From: a virus
Strand: one strand, 5' to 3'
IMG/VR virus record: IMGVR_UViG_3300034138_000059
Span: 1 to 40,836 of that record
Length of the DNA stretch: 40,836 bases
Shown here: positions 29,658 through 39,365 of the stretch, one piece after another
Numbering within the stretch: position 1 is the stretch's first letter
How the letters are laid out: every line of letters begins with the position of its first letter
Made by a program: the position numbers and the translations under genes
The notes under the pieces: generated by a model
What the model saw: the letters and a program-made list of their open reading frames with translations, nothing else
The model's database searches: none
What the model was told of the DNA's origin: nothing

Positions 29658-30509
29658 GTGTCCTACCCGCTCGGCGCCCTGGTCCCCCTCACCATCACCG
29701 TGAAGAACGCGGCCGGGGCCGCCACGGCGACCACGCCCGTCACGCTCACCATCACCCAGCCCGACGGGACCACGGTCACGCCAACGGTGTCGACCAGCTC
29801 GACCGGCGTCTACTTCGTCGACTTCGCCGCGTCCCAGGCCGGCCGGCACCTCGCCCGGTGGGTCACCGGGGGGACGGTCATCTCGGCCTACGCCGACGTC
29901 TTCGAGGTCGACCCGGCCGACCGGATGGGGCTCGTCAGCCTCGCGGACGTGAAGCGGCACCTCAACCTCCCGACCTCGCGCACCGTCGACGACGACGAGC
30001 TGCTCTTCCTGACCTCGGGCGTGACCGACGCCGTCGAGAGCCACGTCGGCCGGCCGATCCGTCGGCAGACCGTGACCGACGTCTTCTCGGTCGGCGCCGG
30101 CCCGTTGATCCTGCGCAAGACCCCGTGCCCGTGCGTCGTCTGCTCGCCGCACCGGCTCTTGCAGGTGCTCTACGTCGGCGAGGACGGGATCGAGGTCACG
30201 GCCTCGAACTACCGCCTCGACTCCGCGCGCTCGCTGCTCTACCGCGACTCGCTCGGGTCGAGCTGGTCGACGCTCTCGCTCCAGAACGTCTCGGTGACCT
30301 ACGTCGCCGGCTACACGACCACGCCGCCCTGGGCGCGCCAGGCCGTGCTCCGCGCGATCGAGGGCCTCTGGCAGACGAGCCAGCAGAGCCCCCACCCGGC
30401 CCTCGGCCAGGACGCCACCGGGGCGCCCGACTGGGCCGTCGCCCAGTCCTTCATGCTCCCGTACGCCGTCCAGAGCATCCTGAACCCGCACCGATCGAGC
30501 GGCTTCTGA
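29658..30509 (+). CDS. Head-tail connector (gp6-like) with N-terminal Ig-like domain (283 aa)
   Basis: LADVKRHLNLPTSRTVDDDELLFLTSGVTDAVESHVGRPI is the gp6-like connector signature. N-terminal beta-rich TITVKNAAGAATATTPVTLTITQPDGT. GTG at 29658 with a GGAGG RBS. Confidence 0.75.
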   Translation: MSYPLGALVPLTITVKNAAGAATATTPVTLTITQPDGTTVTPTVSTSSTGVYFVDFAASQAGRHLARWVTGGTVISAYADVFEVDPADRMGLVSLADVKRHLNLPTSRTVDDDELLFLTSGVTDAVESHVGRPIRRQTVTDVFSVGAGPLILRKTPCPCVVCSPHRLLQVLYVGEDGIEVTASNYRLDSARSLLYRDSLGSSWSTLSLQNVSVTYVAGYTTTPPWARQAVLRAIEGLWQTSQQSPHPALGQDATGAPDWAVAQSFMLPYAVQSILNPHRSSGF

Positions 30510-30967
30510 TGGCGACCGGCAGCGCGATCCCGGGCGTGAAGAGCTACCTCGTCGACACCCTGCTCCCGACCCTCTTCCCCGCGGCCCAGGTCATCTACGG
30601 CCCGCCCGGGGGCTGGCTCGGCGAACAGGTGATCAGCGTCGGCAACGCCACCGTCGAGTCCTCGCAGATGATCCTCGGCACGAACCGGCCCCGCCGGGAG
30701 GACGCCGAGGTCGAGGTCATCCTGTCCGTCTTCCAGGGGGGCGGGCCGGAGGCCCAGCAGACGGCCACCGAGGCCGCCTTCACCATGCTCGGCACCTTCG
30801 CCGACCACTTCCGCACCCAGGGGAACGAAACCCTCGGCGGGGCCTGCGACAACGCCTACGTCTCGGCCTACTCCCTCGACGAGACCGACGACCCCGACGT
30901 CCTGGAGAAGGGCCGCTACGCGGCCCTCGTCGCGACCCTCACCGTCCAGACCTTCCGCCTGCTCTGA
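30509..30967 (+). CDS. Hypothetical neck/tail-joining protein (152 aa)
   Basis: ATGA-type overlap with the connector gene. Position within the neck module. Confidence 0.65.
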   Translation: MATGSAIPGVKSYLVDTLLPTLFPAAQVIYGPPGGWLGEQVISVGNATVESSQMILGTNRPRREDAEVEVILSVFQGGGPEAQQTATEAAFTMLGTFADHFRTQGNETLGGACDNAYVSAYSLDETDDPDVLEKGRYAALVATLTVQTFRLL

Positions 30968-30980
30968 AGGAGCCCCCGCT

Positions 30981-31313
30981 ATGTCCGTCTGGCTGAAGAA
31001 CACGAACCCCCAGGGCGACGTCTTCGTCGCCGCGCTCGGCCGGCTGGTCAAGGCCGGGGAGACCTTCGAGGTCCCGGCCACCGTCGCCGGGAAGCCGCCG
31101 TCCGACTTCAAGAAGGTCGGCCGCGACACCACGACCGGCGAGCTGAAGCCCTACGACCGGGCCTTGGCCCGCGCGGTCGTCAACGAGGACGGGATCGTCG
31201 ACGCCGTCGAGGTCTACCACCCCGGCGCCGGGCTCCTGGCCCAGGTCGGCAACTTCGAGCAGGTCGAGGCCCCGAAGGCCGACGACGAGAAGGACAAGGG
31301 TGAGGCGAAGTGA
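30981..31313 (+). CDS. Hypothetical 110-aa structural-module protein
   Basis: Track ORF with an AAGGAG RBS. Confidence 0.7.
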   Translation: MSVWLKNTNPQGDVFVAALGRLVKAGETFEVPATVAGKPPSDFKKVGRDTTTGELKPYDRALARAVVNEDGIVDAVEVYHPGAGLLAQVGNFEQVEAPKADDEKDKGEAK

Positions 31314-32299
31314 CCACGTTCCAGGACTGCTCGATCGGCTTCAGCGTCGAGAGCACCTACAAGACCTACGTCGCGCCGACGCGCTTCGTCTCCTTCACCG
31401 GGGAGTCCCTCCAGTGGGACAAGGACGTCAAGCAGGGCACCGGCCTGCGGGTCGGGGGCCGCGTGCCGCGCTCGATCCGGCGCGTCGTGCCCACCGCCCA
31501 GGGCCAGGGGGACATCGAGCTGGAGATCCCGACCAAGGGCATGGGTTTGCTCTGGCAGGCAGCGATGGGCACCGGGGCCTCCAACCTCGTGTCCGGCTCG
31601 CTCTACCAGCAGGTCTTCACCCTCGGGGACACCCCGAACTCGCTCACGATCCAGAAGGGCATCCCCCGGGTCAACGGCACGGTCGACGCCTACTCCTTCC
31701 TCGGCGCGGTGGTGACCGACTTCGAGATCGACTGTTCCAACGGCGACATCGTGACAGCGTCCTTCGGGATCGACGCCGGGGATGTCACCACGGCCCAGGC
31801 CTACGCGACCCCGAGCTACGCCACGGCGCCGGTCTTCCACTTCGCCCAGGGCATCGTGGCCGTGAACGGCACCCTCACGGCGCCGACGACGACCACGCTC
31901 GGCTCGGTGGCCGGCGCGGCGGCGGCCTCGATCCGGTCCTTCAGCGTCCAGGTCGAGCACAACTACGCGACCGACCGCTTCAACTTCGGGGGCGCCGGCC
32001 GCAAGGACAAGCCCGCCGTCGGGCTCCGCGAGATCACGGGCCGGATCACGGTCGAGTACGACCAGACGACGCTCCGGGACGCCTTCCTGGCCGACTCCAC
32101 GATCGGGCTCCTGGCGACCTTCACGAGCGGCACGGATGTCCTCCAGGTCGTCCTGCCCGACGTCCGGCTCGAAGGCGACCTGCCCGAGACGAACGACGGC
32201 GAGCTGATCACGGTCGACCACGACTTCACCGTGCTGGACAACCTCACTGCGGCCCAGCCGATGTGGCTGGTCGCCCGGACGGCCGATACCGCGCTCTGA
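31310..32299 (+). CDS. Major tail (tail tube) protein candidate (329 aa)
   Basis: Position upstream of the chaperones and tape measure. Beta-rich, Thr/Gly/Val-rich composition. GTGA overlap with the upstream gene. Confidence 0.55.
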   Translation: MTTFQDCSIGFSVESTYKTYVAPTRFVSFTGESLQWDKDVKQGTGLRVGGRVPRSIRRVVPTAQGQGDIELEIPTKGMGLLWQAAMGTGASNLVSGSLYQQVFTLGDTPNSLTIQKGIPRVNGTVDAYSFLGAVVTDFEIDCSNGDIVTASFGIDAGDVTTAQAYATPSYATAPVFHFAQGIVAVNGTLTAPTTTTLGSVAGAAAASIRSFSVQVEHNYATDRFNFGGAGRKDKPAVGLREITGRITVEYDQTTLRDAFLADSTIGLLATFTSGTDVLQVVLPDVRLEGDLPETNDGELITVDHDFTVLDNLTAAQPMWLVARTADTAL

Positions 32300-32790
32300 T
32301 GGCGGGCCGACCGATCGAGATCAGCATCGAGGCGAAGGAGTTCGCCGAGCTGGCCGGCCGGACGTCGAAGCTCGCCCCAGCGATCAAGACCCAGCTCCGC
32401 AAGGAGTTGCGCCAGGCCGCCACGGTGGCCGCGAAGAAGAGCAAGGCCGAGGTCATGAAGCCCCCGCTCTCCCGCGGGCGGGGGCGCTCGACCGGCCTCC
32501 GGCGGGGCATCGCCGCCGGGATCAAGGTCCAGCTCGCCTCCGGGGCCACCGGGAAGCGCGTCGGGGTCTTCATCCGCTCGACGGGCGCCGGGCTCGACGC
32601 CGACCGGAAGAAGCTCGTGCGCCAGTGGGACTCCGACCGGCCGTTCCGCCACCCGGTCTTCGGCAACCGCGAGCGCTGGGTCTCCCAGCGCGGCCGGCCC
32701 TACTTCCGGACGATCATCCGCAAGGACCAGCCCCAGATCGAGAAGGCCGTCCGGGCCGCCCTCGAAGAGGCGAAGAAGACCCTCACCTGA
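32299..32790 (+). CDS. Hypothetical basic 163-aa structural protein (HK97 gp10-like tail-completion candidate)
   Basis: ATGA-type overlap with the upstream gene. Lys/Arg-rich. The family assignment is only a weak impression. Confidence 0.5.
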   Translation: MAGRPIEISIEAKEFAELAGRTSKLAPAIKTQLRKELRQAATVAAKKSKAEVMKPPLSRGRGRSTGLRRGIAAGIKVQLASGATGKRVGVFIRSTGAGLDADRKKLVRQWDSDRPFRHPVFGNRERWVSQRGRPYFRTIIRKDQPQIEKAVRAALEEAKKTLT

Positions 32791-32811
32791 GCCCACACCA
32801 GGAGACCCGCC

Positions 32812-33171
32812 GTGCGTATCACCATCGAAGGCCGCTCGTACGCCCTGGGCGCCGCGAACCAGGCCAGCCTCGCCGTCCTGCTCGCGCTGAAGCGGGCCTC
32901 GGGGCTGTCCCTGAAGGACGTCCAGGCCGGCATCGGTCGGCTCCAGGAGATCGGGAACGACGAGTCGCTCTCGACCGACGAGCGCGGCGTCGAGGCGATG
33001 TCAGACGAGAGCTGTCTGCTCGCGCTCGGCGCGCTGATCTTCATCGCCCGCTGGCAGGCCGGCGAGCGCCTCGGCTTCGAGGAGGCGTGCGACTTCCCCC
33101 TGAACGGCCTCTCGCTGGAGTCCGAGCCCGGCGACCCGACCGAGGAGGAGCCGGCGCCGGACCCCATCTGA
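32812..33171 (+). CDS. Tail assembly chaperone (G-like, 119 aa)
   Basis: Immediately upstream of the tape measure. Acidic C-terminus. The overlapping -1 frame stays open into the next ORF. Confidence 0.7.
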   Translation: MRITIEGRSYALGAANQASLAVLLALKRASGLSLKDVQAGIGRLQEIGNDESLSTDERGVEAMSDESCLLALGALIFIARWQAGERLGFEEACDFPLNGLSLESEPGDPTEEEPAPDPI

Positions 33172-33185
33172 CCCCGGCCGGCTTC

Positions 33186-33419
33186 ATGTCGGGCAGGAAG
33201 CGCCCGACCGCGACGTCGGGGGCCTTCCCGATCGAGGACATCGAGGAGTCGGTCTACCGGCACATCCTCGTCGTCGCTCACGTCTGGCCGGGGATCACGC
33301 CTATGAACGTCTGGGACATGCGCTACGACTTCTGGGTCGGCTTCGCGGACGCCGCGGAGAAGTACGCCAAGGACCAGACCAAGAGCACGAAGAAGGAGGG
33401 CGGACGTCGTGGCAGGTGA
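33186..33419 (+). CDS. Tail assembly chaperone extension (T-like part; probably expressed as a -1 frameshift fusion with 32812..33171)
   Basis: The frame is -1 relative to the G-like ORF and stays open across the G stop. It ends 11 nt inside the tape measure gene. The first in-frame ATG, at 33186, has no convincing RBS. Confidence 0.5.
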   Translation: MSGRKRPTATSGAFPIEDIEESVYRHILVVAHVWPGITPMNVWDMRYDFWVGFADAAEKYAKDQTKSTKKEGGRRGR

Positions 33420-35310
33420 CAGCACGAGCTTGACCTTCAAGCTCTTCGGCCAGGACGTCTCGGCCTCGAAGGCGATCGAGGGCGTCGGGAAGAAGGCGGC
33501 CGGAGTCGGCGAGCACGTCAAGACCGGCCTCGCGGCCGGAGCCGCGGCCGGCGGGGCGATGCTCGTCGCGGGCCTGATGCAGGGCCTGGAGACCGAGAAG
33601 GTCACGGACAAGATGAACGCCCAGCTCGGCAAGACCGGGCCGGAGGCGGCCCGGCTGGGCAAGGTGGCCGGCGACCTCTGGGCGGACAACTTCGGCGCCG
33701 GCCCGGAGGACGCCGCGAACGCGCTCCGCATGTCGCTCCAGGGCGGGCTCTTCGACGAGAAGGCCACCGACGCCGAGATGAAGGCCATCACCGGCTCGGT
33801 GATGAACCTCGCGACGACCTTCGACCTCGACCTCGGCGGCACCGTCAACGCCGTGTCGCAGATGATGAAGACCGGCATGGCGAAGAACTCGAAGGAGGCC
33901 CTCGACATCCTGACCGTCGGCTTCCAGGGCGGGGCCGACAAGGCCGGGGACTTCCTCGACACGATCAACGAGTACGGCACGCAATTCCGCAAGCTCGGCC
34001 TCGACGGCGCGACCGCGACGGCCCTGATCTCCCAGGGGCTGAAGGCCGGCGCCCGCGACGCCGACATCGTCGCGGACTCCCTGAAGGAGTTCTCGATCCG
34101 GGCCGTCGACGGCTCGAAGCTGACCTCCGAGGGCTTCAAGGCCGTCGGCCTGAACGCCGGCACGATGGCGAAGGCCATCGGCGCCGGGGGCGAGACCGCG
34201 GAGAAGGCTCTCGGGCTGACCCTGGAGAAGCTCCGGGCCATGCCCGACCCGGTGAAGCGGTCTCAGGCCGCCGTGGCCCTGTTCGGTACCCAGGCCGAAG
34301 ACCTCGGGGAGGCGCTCTTCGCGCTCGACACGACGAAGGCCCAGAACGAGATCAAGAACGTCGGCGGCGCGGCCGACCGGATGGGCACCACGCTGAACGA
34401 CAACACGGGTGCCAAGATCGAGACCTTCAAGCGCGAGACCTTGGTCAAGTTCCAGCAGATCGCCGCCGGGATCATCTCCTTCGCCCAGGAGAACCAGTCC
34501 TGGCTCGTCCCGCTCCTGGTCGTGCTCGGTTCGTTCGCCGCGGTCATCGGGACGATCGTCGCCGCCGTGAAGGTGGCGCGAGCCGTGATGATCGCGTGGA
34601 CCGCGGTCCAGTGGCTCTTCAACATCGCGATGACCGCGAACCCGATCGGCTTGGTCATCCTCGCCATCGTCGCCCTGGTGGCGGCGATCGTGATCGCCTA
34701 CAAGAAGTCCGAGACCTTCCGCAACATCGTGCAGGGGGCCATGCGTGGCGCCGTCACGGCCTGGAACTGGGTCTGGAAGAAGGTCGAGGGCTTCGTCGGG
34801 TGGATCAAGAGCAACTGGCCCCGCCTGCTCCCGATCCTGACTGGCCCGATCGGGCTCGCGGTCCGCTGGATCGTCACGAACTGGGGAAAGATCATCTCCA
34901 TGTTCAAGACCGCCCCGGGGAAGATCGCCGGGATCGCGAAGGGCATGTGGACCGGGCTCGTGAGCAGCTTCAAGGGTGCCCTGAACTCGATCATCGGGGG
35001 CTGGAACCGGCTTTCGTTCTCGGTGCCCTCGATCGACATGGGGCCGCTCGGCTCGGTCGGCGGCTTCACCATCGGCACGCCGGACATCCCCTACCTCGCC
35101 AAGGGCGGCATCGTCTCGAAGCCGACGCTCGCCATGATCGGCGAGGCCGGCCCCGAGGCCGTGGTGCCGCTCGGGCGCGGAGGCTTCGGCCAGGGGGTGA
35201 CCGTCAACGTCTACGCGGGCGCGGTCGGCAATGAGGACTTCCTGGCCCGGGAGGTGACCCGCGCGCTGAAGGGCGCGAAGGCGAAGGGGCTCATGTTCGG
35301 CACCGTCTGA
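33409..35310 (+). CDS. Tape measure protein (633 aa)
   Basis: Position. Helical Ala/Gly/Lys-rich N-terminal part. Central TM-like segment (WLVPLLVVLGSFAAVIGTIVAAV...LVILAIVALVAAIVIAY). AAGGAGGG RBS. Confidence 0.9.
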   Translation: MAGDSTSLTFKLFGQDVSASKAIEGVGKKAAGVGEHVKTGLAAGAAAGGAMLVAGLMQGLETEKVTDKMNAQLGKTGPEAARLGKVAGDLWADNFGAGPEDAANALRMSLQGGLFDEKATDAEMKAITGSVMNLATTFDLDLGGTVNAVSQMMKTGMAKNSKEALDILTVGFQGGADKAGDFLDTINEYGTQFRKLGLDGATATALISQGLKAGARDADIVADSLKEFSIRAVDGSKLTSEGFKAVGLNAGTMAKAIGAGGETAEKALGLTLEKLRAMPDPVKRSQAAVALFGTQAEDLGEALFALDTTKAQNEIKNVGGAADRMGTTLNDNTGAKIETFKRETLVKFQQIAAGIISFAQENQSWLVPLLVVLGSFAAVIGTIVAAVKVARAVMIAWTAVQWLFNIAMTANPIGLVILAIVALVAAIVIAYKKSETFRNIVQGAMRGAVTAWNWVWKKVEGFVGWIKSNWPRLLPILTGPIGLAVRWIVTNWGKIISMFKTAPGKIAGIAKGMWTGLVSSFKGALNSIIGGWNRLSFSVPSIDMGPLGSVGGFTIGTPDIPYLAKGGIVSKPTLAMIGEAGPEAVVPLGRGGFGQGVTVNVYAGAVGNEDFLAREVTRALKGAKAKGLMFGTV

Positions 35311-35333
35311 TCCGCCACCCAGAGGAGTGAGGC

Positions 35334-38270
35334 ATGGCCCCCGGAGTCCTCACCACCCTGAAGCACGAGGTCGAGTTCACGGCCGGCACCTGGACGGACG
35401 TGACCGCGTACGTCCAGGCCGAGGCGGGGGCGACCGGCACCTTCGGCCGCCCGAGCGAGTTCGAGGACTGCGCTCCGGCGACCTGGCGCTTCAGCCTGCG
35501 CAACGACGACGGGCGCTTCATGCCCGACAACCCCCTGAGCCCGCACTACCCGAACGTCGTCGAGAACCGGCGCGTCCGGGTCACGGCCACGAAGGGCGCG
35601 TCGAGCTGGACCCGGTTCGTCGGCTTCATCACGAGCTGGTCGCCGGCCTTCCCGGACGCTGACGGCAACACCGGCACGGTGTCCGTCGCGGCGGCCGACG
35701 TCCTGGCCGTGCTGGCCCGGACGGCCACCGAGAACGGTTACGTCGAGCAGGCGAACTACATCGCCCGCTACTTCCTGAAGTGGTGCGACCTCTTCCCGTT
35801 CCCCTCCGACGCCGGGTCGGCGAGCGAGTTCCGCAACGTCGGGACCACGGTCGCCGGCCAGGCCCTCGGGGTCGCCTCGATCGTCCCGGCGAAGTCGGGC
35901 GCGGGCGCCTACGCGGTCGAGGAGGCGGATGCCGGCCTGGAGCTGGACGGCCAGCTCGCCTTCCAGCCCTCGGGCGGCGTCGGGCCGGTCCTGAAGGTGA
36001 ACCCCCAGACCGGCCCCGGGCAGATCGACTTCTTCCTGAAGGTGCCCACCGACACGGCCATCGCCTCCGGCGGGGCCGCGCTCACGGTGCTCGACTTCTG
36101 GTCGGCGACGGCCAACCTCGGGAGCATCCGGCTCTACTACGACGTCGGCACGCTGACCACGCACCTCGGGTACTACAGCGCGGCCGGCGCCTTCGTCTCG
36201 CCGATCTCGACCCCGACGCTCTACGGGATCACCCGGATGAACGACGGGGTCTGGCGGAAGGTGACGATCTTCGACCTCACCATGAAGGGGCTCGGGTCGG
36301 GGATCGGGGTCAACTTCAACGACCTCGCGTACGTCGGTCTGTCCACGGCTCCCGCGCTCACCACCGTGACCCGGCTCGTCTACGGCGGGTCGTACGGCGG
36401 CCCCTCGAAGGAGGGAAAGCAGACCCTGTGCCCGGCGATCTCCATCGCCGGGATCGACGCCCAGGGCGAGGACTTCGGCGTCTTCGGGTACTACGCGCTC
36501 GGCCAGCCCCCGGCGACCAGCACGAACAACAGGTGGCGCGAGCTGCTCGGGTACGCGATGGATCAGGCCGACTGGCGCATGGTCGACCCCGCCACGGTGA
36601 CGCTCGGGGTCGCCTCGATCACGAGCGCGAGCCCGGCCTTCAGCACCGACGACGTCGGGGCCGGGATCATGTCGTCCCGGTTCCCGCTGAACACGGTCGT
36701 CTCGGCCTACGTCAGCCCGACCCAGGTCACCACCTCCCAGCCCGCGCTCAGCACGACGGCCGCGGCCAGCCCGGTCCTCCAGGGCCGGGTCATCGGGACC
36801 GACGACCGACAGGTCGTGCGGGTCAACACCAGGGACACGGAGAACCTCGCCGCGGCCCTCCAGAACCTCGCCCGCACCGTCGGGGGCGTCGTCTGGTGCC
36901 ACCCCGATGGGCGCCTGGAGCTGCTCCTGGCGGACCAGATGCGCCAGCCGACGGTGGTCGCCTCGATCGACGTCGAGGGCGACGCCGAGGGCGACTCGAT
37001 CGAGCTGTCGCGCTCGATCGAGTCGGCTCCGACCCGGGTCACCATCGAGAGCCCGATCGGCAAGGCCCTGCTCGCGGACGCGCCCTCCGAGGCCCTCGGG
37101 TACCGGCGCGAGGTCACGGTGAGCACCGGGGCGGCCAGCACGGCCGACGCGATTGCCATCGCCGGGTACTACCTCAACGTCTCCAACAGCCTGCGCATCG
37201 AGCAGCTCTCGGTCGACCTGGCGACCGCGGGGACGGACCTCTACTCGGCCCTGATCGGCGGCCTCCGGCCGGGCATCCGACTGCGACTGACGGGCCTTCC
37301 GTCAGCCGTCTTCGGGTACACCCGGACGGACGTCTACGTCCAGGGCTGGGAGGAGAGCTACTCCAAGGACGCCGTCCGGCTCACCTTCGACTGCACCCCG
37401 GCCGACGACCCGGTCGAGGGCATCGTCGAGGACGCCGAGTACGGGCGCTACGCGGGGGACGGCACGCTGCTCCTCGGGTACGACCTCACCAGCTCGGCGA
37501 CCTCGGTCGTCGTGGTGCCGGGGGCGAGCGGCTCCCCGGTGCTCACCACGGCGCCGGCCGACTACCCGCTCGACCTGGACCTGATGGGCGAGCGCGTCAC
37601 GGTGGCCGCGGCCCCGGGGGCGTCGACCAGGACCAACCGCTGCACGAACCCGTCCTTCGAGACGAACGTGACCGGCTGGTCGGGCTCGGCCGCCGGGTAC
37701 ACGACGAGCACGATCGCCACCTCGACGGTCCGCGGGCTCTTCGGCTCGCGCTCGATGCAGGTCACCTGGCCGACGGCGGCCGGCGGCAACTCGATCGCCG
37801 TCTTCTCCCTGGCGACCACGATCGGGCTCCGCTACTCCTTCTCGGCCTGGGTCTACGTGCCGGCCGGCAACCCGCCCGTCCAGATCGGGGAGGCCTTCGC
37901 CGCGGGGACCAGCTTCAGCTACTCCCGACAGGCGAGCACCGGCACCACCGGGGCGTGGGTCCAGCTCGGGGTCTCCTTCACGGCGACCGCGGCGACGAGC
38001 TTCTTCGCGATCGGCAACGTCACGGCCTCGGTCGCCGGCCAGGTCTGCTTCGTCGACGGCGTGCTGATCGAGCAGGTCGCGACCGGGGTCGGGTCGTACT
38101 TCGACGGCGCCACGAACGGTGGCGCCTGGGCGGGGACGGCGCACGCCTCGAACTCGACCCAGTCGGCCCAGACCGTCACGGTGACCCGCGGCGTCCTGCC
38201 CACCATCGCCCACGCCCACGTGGCGGGCGAGTCCGTGAACGTCTGGCACGAGGCGGCCTTCGCCTTCTGA
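35334..38270 (+). CDS. Large minor tail protein: distal-tail (Dit-like) N-terminus fused to central domains and a C-terminal carbohydrate-binding-like jelly roll (978 aa)
   Basis: N-terminus EVEFTAGTWTDVTAYV...WRFSLRNDDGRF is typical of siphovirus distal tail proteins. C-terminus NRCTNPSFETNVTGWSG...CFVDGVLIEQ is typical of CBM-like modules in actinophage tail proteins. Confidence 0.8.
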   Translation: MAPGVLTTLKHEVEFTAGTWTDVTAYVQAEAGATGTFGRPSEFEDCAPATWRFSLRNDDGRFMPDNPLSPHYPNVVENRRVRVTATKGASSWTRFVGFITSWSPAFPDADGNTGTVSVAAADVLAVLARTATENGYVEQANYIARYFLKWCDLFPFPSDAGSASEFRNVGTTVAGQALGVASIVPAKSGAGAYAVEEADAGLELDGQLAFQPSGGVGPVLKVNPQTGPGQIDFFLKVPTDTAIASGGAALTVLDFWSATANLGSIRLYYDVGTLTTHLGYYSAAGAFVSPISTPTLYGITRMNDGVWRKVTIFDLTMKGLGSGIGVNFNDLAYVGLSTAPALTTVTRLVYGGSYGGPSKEGKQTLCPAISIAGIDAQGEDFGVFGYYALGQPPATSTNNRWRELLGYAMDQADWRMVDPATVTLGVASITSASPAFSTDDVGAGIMSSRFPLNTVVSAYVSPTQVTTSQPALSTTAAASPVLQGRVIGTDDRQVVRVNTRDTENLAAALQNLARTVGGVVWCHPDGRLELLLADQMRQPTVVASIDVEGDAEGDSIELSRSIESAPTRVTIESPIGKALLADAPSEALGYRREVTVSTGAASTADAIAIAGYYLNVSNSLRIEQLSVDLATAGTDLYSALIGGLRPGIRLRLTGLPSAVFGYTRTDVYVQGWEESYSKDAVRLTFDCTPADDPVEGIVEDAEYGRYAGDGTLLLGYDLTSSATSVVVVPGASGSPVLTTAPADYPLDLDLMGERVTVAAAPGASTRTNRCTNPSFETNVTGWSGSAAGYTTSTIATSTVRGLFGSRSMQVTWPTAAGGNSIAVFSLATTIGLRYSFSAWVYVPAGNPPVQIGEAFAAGTSFSYSRQASTGTTGAWVQLGVSFTATAATSFFAIGNVTASVAGQVCFVDGVLIEQVATGVGSYFDGATNGGAWAGTAHASNSTQSAQTVTVTRGVLPTIAHAHVAGESVNVWHEAAFAF

Positions 38271-38282
38271 GAGGAGCACCAC

Positions 38283-38855
38283 GTGGTCACGAAGCCGAGC
38301 CCGACCGACGTCGCCGTCGGGCAGAAGATCACGGCGGCCGGGTGGAATCGGGGAGTCCAGGACGCCTACGAGTTCTGGGACCTCACCCGCCCGGTTTGCT
38401 ACCTCTCCCAGAGCGTCGGCCAGGCCATCGCCACCGGGACAGCGACCTTCACCCCGGTGACCTTCACGAACGAGGTCATCGACCGGGACGGCCAGCACGA
38501 CAACGCCGTGAACACGAGCCGGATCGTCATCGGGAAGACCCTCGGCTGGTACGAAGTGTCGGGCGCCGTGTCCTGGGCCACGGGCACCTCCGGCGGGGTC
38601 AACGACACCCGGCGGGCCGGAGTGCTCTTCAACGGCGCCGTCGGCCCGCTCACCGAGGGCGGGCAGATCAGCATCCCGTACACCACCGGGACCGCCCTCT
38701 GCACCGTCGTGGTCCCGCCGATCCTCGTCCTCGCCACCGCGGCGACCGACTATGTCGAGCTGGGCGCGGCACACACCGCGGGCGTCTCCCAGAGCACGCT
38801 CGTCTCCGGCGGCTTCCGCTCCAGCTTCAGGGCCGTCTACATCGGCAGCGCCTGA
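38283..38855 (+). CDS. Minor tail protein (190 aa)
   Basis: Track ORF with GTG start, directly after the large tail protein. Beta-rich composition. Confidence 0.7.
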   Translation: MVTKPSPTDVAVGQKITAAGWNRGVQDAYEFWDLTRPVCYLSQSVGQAIATGTATFTPVTFTNEVIDRDGQHDNAVNTSRIVIGKTLGWYEVSGAVSWATGTSGGVNDTRRAGVLFNGAVGPLTEGGQISIPYTTGTALCTVVVPPILVLATAATDYVELGAAHTAGVSQSTLVSGGFRSSFRAVYIGSA

Positions 38856-38979
38856 CCCACCTACCCCGGCCGGGGCCGCCCGTGTGGGCGGGCCGCCTCG
38901 GCCGGGCCTTCAACCGTGAGACGACCCCGGGGGGAACCTCTTGCTCTCTGACCTGTCCGACATCTTCCGCGAGGGCGGC

Positions 38980-39291
38980 ATGTCCGCGCCGGCCTGGGCC
39001 TTCTTCACGACGATCCTGGCCGCGCTGATCGCCCTCCTCCGCGAGTCGATCCAGGCCCGGCACGCCGCGAACGACGCGAAGAAGGCCGCCGGCCGCGCCT
39101 CCGACCAGATCGACGAGGTCCGCAAGCTCTCGGAGCCCACCGGCAACGGCTTCGCCGAGAAGGTGCTGAGAGGCCAGGAGGACATCGTCATGCGCCTGAA
39201 GCGTCTGGAGACCGGCCAGGACGCACAGGCGAGCACGCTGATGGCGCACCTCCTGGAGCACGACCGCAAGCACGACCACCCCATCGACTGA
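38980..39291 (+). CDS. Membrane protein with N-terminal TM helix and coiled-coil tail (103 aa; the track ORF starts at TTG 38941)
   Basis: WAFFTTILAALIALL helix. GAGGG RBS 5 nt before the ATG at 38980. First gene of the lysis cassette. Confidence 0.65.
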   Translation: MSAPAWAFFTTILAALIALLRESIQARHAANDAKKAAGRASDQIDEVRKLSEPTGNGFAEKVLRGQEDIVMRLKRLETGQDAQASTLMAHLLEHDRKHDHPID

Positions 39292-39301
39292 CCCCCCTTC
39301 G

Positions 39302-39330
39302 AGCCCCGTCCGGCAGATCCGGGCGGGGCT
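39302..39330 (+). terminator. Hairpin between the first lysis-region gene and the holin gene
   Basis: AGCCCCGTCCGG, CAGAT loop, CCGGGCGGGGCT. 12-bp stem with one G-U pair. Confidence 0.6.
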
Positions 39331-39365
39331 TCGTCATGCCCGCACCCACCCAGAGAGGCACCCCG

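Noticed and set aside
38866-38906. GC-rich imperfect hairpin after the last tail gene, as a terminator
   Set aside because: The arms pair only with several mismatches or bulges, so it is not listed as a feature. It may still attenuate transcription.
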